This document shows, in pieces, positions 58,141 to 64,000 of a DNA stretch of 64,000 bases. A program made the translations under genes and the position numbers. Under the pieces are notes generated by a model. That model was not told the DNA's origin and did no database searches. It was given only the letters and a program-made list of their open reading frames with translations. The stretch spans positions 1,011,380 through 1,075,379 of the forward strand of contig CAWIGJ010000003.1 of NCBI GenBank assembly GCA_963835655.1, read 5' to 3'. How positions within the stretch are numbered: position 1 is the stretch's first letter; every line of letters starts with the position of its first letter. Origin of the DNA: an uncultured Chloroflexia bacterium. Lineage in GTDB: Bacteria > Chloroflexota > Dehalococcoidia > DSTF01 > JALHUB01.

Positions 58141-59748
58141 ATGGCAGACGATTCAACCCTGAGTATCCTAATTCAGGCTGAGGACCAAGCCTCGAGCGCC
58201 CTTCAAAGCGTCGGCGGCTCCCTTGACGACCTTCAATCAAAGGCGCAAGGCGTCACTGACGCCGCAGGCGACACGGCGGGTGCCATGTCTGACGTTGGGG
58301 ACACGGCGGCAGATGCCGGTTCAAGCCTTGAGGATGCGGGCGGGGCTGCGGCTGACACCGGGACAAACCTTGAGGATGCGGGTAGTTCTGCCGACAGTGC
58401 GGGGATGAGCATCGGCGACCTGACCTCACAGGTTGGTGATCTGGCGGGCGGTCTAAGCGGCCTCACGCCCGAAATGGGAACGTTAACCGCTGGATTAGGC
58501 GGGCTATCTGGGGCAGTGGCCGGACCAGCGGGTATAGCAGCGGCTATTGGCGCTGGAGCGGCGGCCTTCATCGGGCTAGGCGAAGCGGGCGGTCAGTGGG
58601 CAACTGAGGTGATGACCGTTAAAGACATCACCAATATGAGCACGACTGACGTAACGAAGTGGGGCCTTGCGCTGGAAGACGTGGGCGGCGACATGAATCA
58701 GCTCGCTACGATCTCCTACATGCTGGAGCGCCGATTGCAAACGCAAGTAGATGCCGAGAACGCAGGGCAGACGGGTAGTTTGGCGTTGGCGAAAGCGATG
58801 GAGGACACCGGAACGGCCTACAAGGATGCCGAAGGGAACATGCTCGACATGGGTACTATCCTGCCCAATCTGCTAACGAATCTGACAGCCATGACGGATA
58901 AAACGCTGGCCGCTAATGATGCCACGGTAATTCTCGGACGCGGCGGGCGTGAAATGCTAGTGGTACTTCAAGAATGGCCTGATCTGGCGGCCGCCGTCAA
59001 CCGGCAGACTGCCGAGTTGGATACCACGACTGAAGAAGGGGCGAAACACGCCATCGAGTACAACATCGCCATGACGGACATGAAAGACGAGCTGATCATG
59101 CTCGATCAGGACGTTTTACCCGCGTTTACCACATTCCTAGAGGCCCTACCCGTCGGCTTCCATATGGCTGGCGACGCCATGCACCTTCTGTTTAGAGAGA
59201 TCGTGGACGGAGCGCCGTTTTTGCGCTCGATGGTCGATACAGTCTCGGCCGGAGCTGACATACTACACGGCGACTTCAAGGGCGCCGTAGACGACGGAAA
59301 GAACGCCCTGCGAGATATGATTCCCGGCTATAACATGGCGCAGGACGCTATTGCCGGCGTCAACGATGAAACCAAGGATTTGTCTAGTTCGCTCGACGCC
59401 CAATCTGAAAGCCTGAAATCCTCGACTCAGCAATGGGCCGACTACAACTCAGAGATTGAAGCGGCTCTCAGCATGGGCATGACGCTGGAAGAGGCCGTGA
59501 CCAGCGTAAGTCATCCCGGTGTAGACATCACCGGCCAAGAGGTGAACGTTCCTACCTATGACTACGGCGGCTTTGTGCCCGGGGCGCCGGGTGCGCCGCA
59601 ACTTGCAGTTGTGCATGGCGGCGAGACGGTGACGCCAGCGGGCCAACAGCAGTTCGGCACCTTCCAGAACTTCGGTAATATCAACGTCTACCCCCAGAGC
59701 GGCGGCATGGCCGACATGATGGCAGAAATAGCGAAGCAGGTGAGCTAA
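58141..59748 (+). CDS. Tape-measure-like / tail structural protein (Gly/Ala/Asp-rich repeats)
   Basis: N-terminal degenerate repeats DxGxxxxDxG followed by Gly-rich hydrophobic segments, then a helical region. Position is after the terminase genes. Confidence 0.35.
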   Translation: MADDSTLSILIQAEDQASSALQSVGGSLDDLQSKAQGVTDAAGDTAGAMSDVGDTAADAGSSLEDAGGAAADTGTNLEDAGSSADSAGMSIGDLTSQVGDLAGGLSGLTPEMGTLTAGLGGLSGAVAGPAGIAAAIGAGAAAFIGLGEAGGQWATEVMTVKDITNMSTTDVTKWGLALEDVGGDMNQLATISYMLERRLQTQVDAENAGQTGSLALAKAMEDTGTAYKDAEGNMLDMGTILPNLLTNLTAMTDKTLAANDATVILGRGGREMLVVLQEWPDLAAAVNRQTAELDTTTEEGAKHAIEYNIAMTDMKDELIMLDQDVLPAFTTFLEALPVGFHMAGDAMHLLFREIVDGAPFLRSMVDTVSAGADILHGDFKGAVDDGKNALRDMIPGYNMAQDAIAGVNDETKDLSSSLDAQSESLKSSTQQWADYNSEIEAALSMGMTLEEAVTSVSHPGVDITGQEVNVPTYDYGGFVPGAPGAPQLAVVHGGETVTPAGQQQFGTFQNFGNINVYPQSGGMADMMAEIAKQVS

Positions 59749-59757
59749 CACGGGGCA

Positions 59758-59985
59758 ATGTCTATGGCCTTAGTGCGCTGTGGCCGCCCGTACTGTGGCG
59801 GCGCAATCTTGCCCGGCGAGTCCGCCTGTCTCCTTTGCGGCCGCTGCCCCCGCAAACTTGAGCCTATCCGCCTTCCCGTTCGGCGCCGCGAAAAGACGTT
59901 CTCAGTGCTGGCGGCGATAATGGTAGAGGTCCCAGGTGCCTTCCGTTCGCTGAGGGCGGCTGTACCCGAGGGGGTAGACTTCTAG
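59758..59985 (+). CDS. Small zinc-ribbon protein (CxxC…CxxC)
   Basis: CGRPYCGG…CLLCGRC. Confidence 0.35.
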   Translation: MSMALVRCGRPYCGGAILPGESACLLCGRCPRKLEPIRLPVRRREKTFSVLAAIMVEVPGAFRSLRAAVPEGVDF

Positions 59986-60098
59986 TAGCACGTCGCGCCC
60001 GGGCGCTCTAGGTACTGACCGACCGCCTTCTTTCCGACCCCCAAAGCTAGGAACCGCTCGTTTTGCCGCCAGGATCGAAATCTGGGCGTTTCCCGCGC

Positions 60099-60128
60099 TT
60101 GACAGGCGCTAGACACCGGCGTACTATC
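60099..60128 (+). promoter_or_regulatory. Near-consensus sigma70 promoter (TTGACA, 18 nt, TACTAT) upstream of the second recombinase
   Basis: cgcTTGACAggcgctagacaccggcgTACTATcc. Confidence 0.4.
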
Positions 60129-60252
60129 CGCCGTGAAAGACGACGGCGCCCGCTTGGGCGGACGCCGCCTGAGCCAAAGCCTGCTGTTACCAGGCCCGGC
60201 CCGCGCAAAGGATACCATGTCGGACCCCTGATCGCAGCAGCGAAGGGGGTTT

Positions 60253-61143
60253 TTGATGATCACGGTAAAGGATGCAGTGAGCCGCTACATTCAAAGCCTC
60301 TGCGCCAGCGGCTACTCCGAGTTCACTACGATCAGCGCGACCTCTATTCTAGGGCAGTTCGCAACCTACGCCGATGGTGCAGCCTTAGCCGATGTCGGTG
60401 ATCGGGCCATCGCTTGGCTGGCTCTTCGCCGCCGACAGGTTCGGCGTAACACGCTGTGTGCCAACTCCTCACACGTTAAGCAATTCCTCAAGTTCTGCAA
60501 GGACAACGGCTGGATCGAGTCCAATCCCGTTGCCGACATGAAGCGACCATGTGCAGAACAGGTAGTCACACAACCGCTGAGTGATAGGGAAATCCTCGCG
60601 CTATGCGAGGCGGCAACGGGTTGGCAGCGGACGGCTATCGTTTTACTGCTAGGAACCGGGATGCGGATCGGCGAGCTCGCCGCCCTGCGCTGGCAGGACA
60701 TTTACGATCAATACGTGGTAGTGCATGGGAAGGGTTCAAAGCAGCGCACGCTCGCTCCGGGCAGGCGAGCTATGGAGATGCTGCGCGAGTTGCCACAGGC
60801 CGGCGATAAGGTATTCCCCTGTACCTATGGCGGCATAAAGACGGTTCTGCGGCGCCTCTCCGTTCGCAGCGGTATCTACTTCCATCCGCATCAGTTCCGG
60901 CATACGTTTTCCCATCGCTTCCTCGAGGCTGGCGGCTCATTTGAAGAGCTGTCAGAGATTCTGGGCCATGCCAACCTGAACACAACGGCTGTCTATGTCC
61001 GGGCATTCCGGCGGGATCGAGCGTTAGCGGCGCAACGCCGCTGGAATCCGGCTGATGCGCTCTTTGGAATTCCCGACGATGGTGACGACGGCGCCAGCAA
61101 CGTTGTCGCGTTTCATCCGAGAGTCGCAGTCGGGGCGCGATAG
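60253..61143 (+). CDS. Second tyrosine recombinase (XerC/D-like)
   Basis: R…HQFRHTFSHRF…LGHANLNTTAVYV catalytic box. Confidence 0.8.
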   Translation: MMITVKDAVSRYIQSLCASGYSEFTTISATSILGQFATYADGAALADVGDRAIAWLALRRRQVRRNTLCANSSHVKQFLKFCKDNGWIESNPVADMKRPCAEQVVTQPLSDREILALCEAATGWQRTAIVLLLGTGMRIGELAALRWQDIYDQYVVVHGKGSKQRTLAPGRRAMEMLRELPQAGDKVFPCTYGGIKTVLRRLSVRSGIYFHPHQFRHTFSHRFLEAGGSFEELSEILGHANLNTTAVYVRAFRRDRALAAQRRWNPADALFGIPDDGDDGASNVVAFHPRVAVGAR

Positions 61144-61480
61144 AGGGCGTTGACCCGCTCGACGTACCGTTGTCACTGAGTAGATAATCGCGACGTTAGG
61201 CCGGGGGTTTGTGTTGTGCGGCAACCCGCGACAGTCGTAAACGGGTCTATGAGAATGGCACCGGGTCCCACCTTAAGTCCCGTGGCTGGGGCAACGCAAG
61301 GATGCGATCACATTTCCAGGAGGCAGTCTGTCAAGAGATTGGGAGCGATTCTATGCGCACGGCCTACCCCCGGCCGACGCATTCCAATGATCGAAAGGAG
61401 ACAGTTGTGGAATCTGAAGATGTTTACGAGACTTTAGCAGCCCTCAAGAAAACAGCAGGCTGATAGGGGCGAGCAGGGGT

Positions 61481-61837
61481 CTACTGCAGCTTCCCGTCCT
61501 TGTCGCTTACCGTGTAGGTGTCTGACTCGACGATGTTCTGGCCCGCTTGGTCTGGGGCGAAATCGCAGGTGACTACCCACATGTCGGCGTCGGGCCTATA
61601 AGAGGCGCTGACGCATCTTACAAAGTTAGCTCCCGCCGGAGCGGGCATATTGCTCACCTGCTGTTGAGCCAGCCGCTCAATGTCTTGTGCAGTGAACCTG
61701 GCCTTGGGCGCGGCGGTGGGCGCGGGCGTGGGAATTGTTTGCGTCGATTGCCACGGACCGGTCACATACAGGATCGCACCGGCCGCGATACCAGCGCCGA
61801 CCAGCAGTGCGACTACGGGGATTATCCACTGCTTCAT
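61481..61837 (-). CDS. Membrane-anchored or secreted hypothetical protein (118 aa), element cargo
   Basis: N-terminal signal anchor, Pro/Thr linker, and a Cys-containing C-terminal domain. Confidence 0.4.
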   Translation of the reverse strand: MKQWIIPVVALLVGAGIAAGAILYVTGPWQSTQTIPTPAPTAAPKARFTAQDIERLAQQQVSNMPAPAGANFVRCVSASYRPDADMWVVTCDFAPDQAGQNIVESDTYTVSDKDGKLQ

Positions 61838-62008
61838 GGTACGTCTCCTAACAGGAGTCTGACGAGGATAGGCGCATTCTACACCCGTGAGTCAACGTAT
61901 CGCGTGCGCGTCGTTCTGCAACCCGATTTGCAACAAGAATCTTGACGCTCGTGGTATCCTTTCACTATCTCAGGACCTCCGCCAATCCCATCAACAGGGA
62001 CACAACAT

Positions 62009-62662
62009 ATGCCCTGGCCATTCCGACGAAGGCTACCAGATAGCGATTTCGCAAACGTCATTAACTTGATCCGTCATCTCCAGACCCAGGGAGCACTCCA
62101 GGATTTTACCGGCGAGCTTTCAATCACGGCCATGGCCATCGCGGACGGCGCTGGTCTACAGGAAGATGGAGTCTTCGCCCGTGGGAGGGCATACGTAACT
62201 GATCCTCACCGCGCCGCCACTCATCTTCTTCCCGCATTCGAAAAGACGGTTACGATGGCCGAGTCCATGGCCAGCGAACACAACTCATATCCGGCCCCAC
62301 AAACACCCAAGAAAGCGCTTGAGGCCTACAATTCCTGGACGGATTTCCTAACCTTATTTGTCACCAGAGCAAGACTAGAACTTGCCTGTTATACGGAATG
62401 GGTCGAGAATCCCTCTCTTGATGTCAGTCAGCGTTCCGCCGCGCTCAACCAGGCCACAGACGGCTCATTAGCCCTCGCCGTGACCCGTCTCAAGGACCTC
62501 GTCCGCTATGCGGGAATCAGCACAGACGCTTGGTGGTCTCTCAACTGTGCCGCGTTCAACGACGCCCGAAGCCGGGTCGATCTACCTCCCTTGACCGAGA
62601 CCGACTTCCGCGCCAGGTACCTCTCCATGGTCGCTGGAAGCCGACCTCGATTCTTCGAATGA
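62009..62662 (+). CDS. Hypothetical protein (217 aa), element cargo near attR
   Basis: ORF only. Confidence 0.4.
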   Translation: MPWPFRRRLPDSDFANVINLIRHLQTQGALQDFTGELSITAMAIADGAGLQEDGVFARGRAYVTDPHRAATHLLPAFEKTVTMAESMASEHNSYPAPQTPKKALEAYNSWTDFLTLFVTRARLELACYTEWVENPSLDVSQRSAALNQATDGSLALAVTRLKDLVRYAGISTDAWWSLNCAAFNDARSRVDLPPLTETDFRARYLSMVAGSRPRFFE

Positions 62663-62767
62663 CATTGCCAAGACAACGAGACATACCATGACCGCCTTGA
62701 CCGGCGACAGTACGCATGCGCCGGGCATGACCTTGCAGACAGCGAATAACTGGGGCGTTTTGCTAAC

Positions 62768-62789
62768 GGATTTGCTAACAAACCGTTTG
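62768..62789 (+). repeat. Two direct copies of TTTGCTAAC inside attR, in the same orientation as those at attL
   Basis: cgTTTTGCTAACggaTTTGCTAACaaacc. Confidence 0.5.
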
Positions 62790-62919
62790 TAATTGGCCGT
62801 CAGCGGTCATCATGGCGGGGTAGTCATGGGTCTAGCATCGGGCCGGGCGCAGATACGAATTGGCGCTAGAATTGGCACTAACCCGCAACGTTTAGTATGC
62901 TTTATCATGGCTGGCCTAG

Positions 62920-62966
62920 GACTCTTAATCAGCCGGTTCCAGGTTCGAGTCCTGGGCGGCCTACCA
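62920..62966 (+). repeat. attR: 47-bp duplicate of the tRNA-Lys 3' end (no tRNA 5' half present)
   Basis: Exact match to 49655-49701. The upstream sequence lacks an acceptor or D-arm. Confidence 0.85.
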
Positions 62967-62983
62967 GTGAAGGATCGCTGGCC

Positions 62984-63068
62984 GGGGAAGTGTCGGAACT
63001 GGCAGACGAGCATGACTTAGGATCATGTGCCGCAAGGCGTAGGGGTTCGAGTCCCCTCTTCCCCACCA
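62984..63068 (+). tRNA. tRNA-Leu (anticodon TAG)
   Basis: Acceptor GGGGAAG/CTTCCCC, anticodon stem CATGA/TCATG with loop CTTAGGA, long variable arm TGCCGCAAGGCGT, T-arm AGGGG-TTCGAGT-CCCCT, CCA encoded. Confidence 0.85.
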
Positions 63069-63148
63069 GTCGGGTCGCGTGATGGTTTGCGCGAAACTCC
63101 CGAGACAGAGATAATCAGGAAACTCCAGAGAGGGATAGGGAGAACAAG

Positions 63149-64000
63149 TTGGGCACTCTTCTTGAGGTGAAGAACCTAAAGACATACTTCTTCACCGATG
63201 ACGGTGTGGTCAAAGCGGTAGACGGCATCAACTACGACCTGCAGGAAGGCGAGACCATCGGCCTCGTCGGCGAAAGCGGCTGCGGGAAGAGCGTTTCCGC
63301 GCTCTCGCTCCTGCGCCTCATCCAGTCACCACCCGGCCGCATCGTCGACGGCGAAGTCTGGTTCGAAGGCGAAAACCTCCTGAAGGTCGACGAGGACGAG
63401 ATCCGGCACGTGCGTGGCAACCGGATCGCCATGATCTTCCAGGAGCCGATGACATCCCTGAACCCCGTTCTCACCATCGGCCGCCAACTCACCGAGGCGC
63501 TTGAACTGCACATGCACATGGACCGGCGGGCCGCGACGAACCGCGCTATCGAGTTGCTGGATATGGTGGGAATCCCTTCGGCAACGTCGCGAATCAAGGA
63601 TTACCCCCACCAGTTCTCCGGCGGCATGCGTCAGCGTGTGATGATTGCCATGGGTCTTTCGTGCAACCCGCGTCTGCTTCTCGCTGACGAGCCGACTACC
63701 GCGCTCGATGTAACCATCCAGGCGCAGATCCTGGAGCTTATGGCCAAGCTGAGCAGCGAGTTCGGGACAGCCGTTATCATCATCACCCATAACCTGGGCG
63801 TGATAGCTCGCTACGCCCAGCGCGTGAACGTAATGTACGCCGGCAAGATCGTCGAATCGTCGACCTCCCGCGAAGTCTACGGCAACCCCAAGCACCCTTA
63901 TACCCTGGGTTTGCTGAAATCGGTGCCGCGGCTCGACCAGGTCCGCAAGAGCAGGCTGAACCCTATTGAGGGCTTCCCGCCGGACCTCGTGCACATGCCG
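63149..64000 (+). CDS. ABC transporter ATP-binding protein (oligopeptide/dipeptide OppD/DppD type); 3' end off the window
   Basis: TTG start after RBS AGGGAGAA. Walker A GESGCGKS, signature FSGGMRQR and Walker [13 protein letters not shown]. Confidence 0.85.
   Translation, partial: MGTLLEVKNLKTYFFTDDGVVKAVDGINYDLQEGETIGLVGESGCGKSVSALSLLRLIQSPPGRIVDGEVWFEGENLLKVDEDEIRHVRGNRIAMIFQEPMTSLNPVLTIGRQLTEALELHMHMDRRAATNRAIELLDMVGIPSATSRIKDYPHQFSGGMRQRVMIAMGLSCNPRLLLADEPTTALDVTIQAQILELMAKLSSEFGTAVIIITHNLGVIARYAQRVNVMYAGKIVESSTSREVYGNPKHPYTLGLLKSVPRLDQVRKSRLNPIEGFPPDLVHMP

Larger units (their letters stand above)
49655..62966. mobile_element. ~13.3 kb integrative element (satellite-like or defective prophage) inserted into tRNA-Lys, between tRNA-Lys and tRNA-Leu
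   Basis: 47-bp direct repeats, an integrase adjacent to attL, an Xis-type HTH, a primase/helicase replication module, terS/terL, a tape-measure-like protein and a second recombinase. Confidence 0.8.

Noticed and set aside
63232-63994. Minus-strand ORFs of 121 and 222 aa
   Set aside because: Antisense to the ABC ATPase gene, whose Walker A, signature and Walker B motifs are clear on the plus strand.
1-64000. CRISPR arrays, rRNA genes and insertion sequences
   Set aside because: No regularly spaced short repeats, no rRNA-like conserved blocks and no transposase-like ORFs were seen anywhere in the window.

Overview
This is a high-GC (roughly 65%) bacterial chromosomal segment that is densely coding on both strands. 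I cannot name the organism from sequence alone.

Most of the window is ordinary housekeeping and envelope genes:
- Natural-transformation genes: a dprA 3' fragment, comEA-comEC, and TadE/TadG-like pilus proteins.
- Translation and recombination genes: metG, hisS, pheST, prfA-prmC, rsmI, ybeY, the dnaX-ybaB-recR-recO run, rel and rph.
- Lipid and cell-wall genes: glmU and der-plsY-gpsA. A c-di-AMP module: cdaA-cdaR.
- Others: argF, a beta-oxidation-like cluster (two SDRs, two hotdog hydratases, PHP) and assorted hypotheticals.

Three things stand out.

1. A ~13.3 kb integrative element sits in the 3' end of tRNA-Lys(CTT). It is bounded by a perfect 47-bp direct repeat (49655-49701 and 62920-62966). 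It encodes a tyrosine integrase, an excisionase-type HTH, a zinc-finger/Toprim primase, a P-loop helicase-like protein, terminase small and large subunits, a tape-measure-like protein and a second tyrosine recombinase. No capsid, portal or protease gene is recognisable. It also carries putative integrase arm sites (TTTGCTAAC x2 at each end) and an iteron-plus-palindrome origin-like region. It reads as a satellite-like or defective prophage with unexplored cargo ORFs.

2. A low-GC (~50%) islet at ~4.1-5.9 kb carries a co-directional operon of four small multi-TM proteins. One of them (57 aa) is absent from the ORF track. A tRNA 3'-half remnant lies inside the operon.

3. Several conserved genes are broken. 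glmU has two frameshifts, der has two frameshifts, a lipoprotein has one, and gpsA has a clean in-frame ~150-codon internal deletion. Because essential genes are affected, assembly indel errors or a collapsed read are more likely than biology, but this needs read-level checking.

No rRNA or CRISPR array is present.
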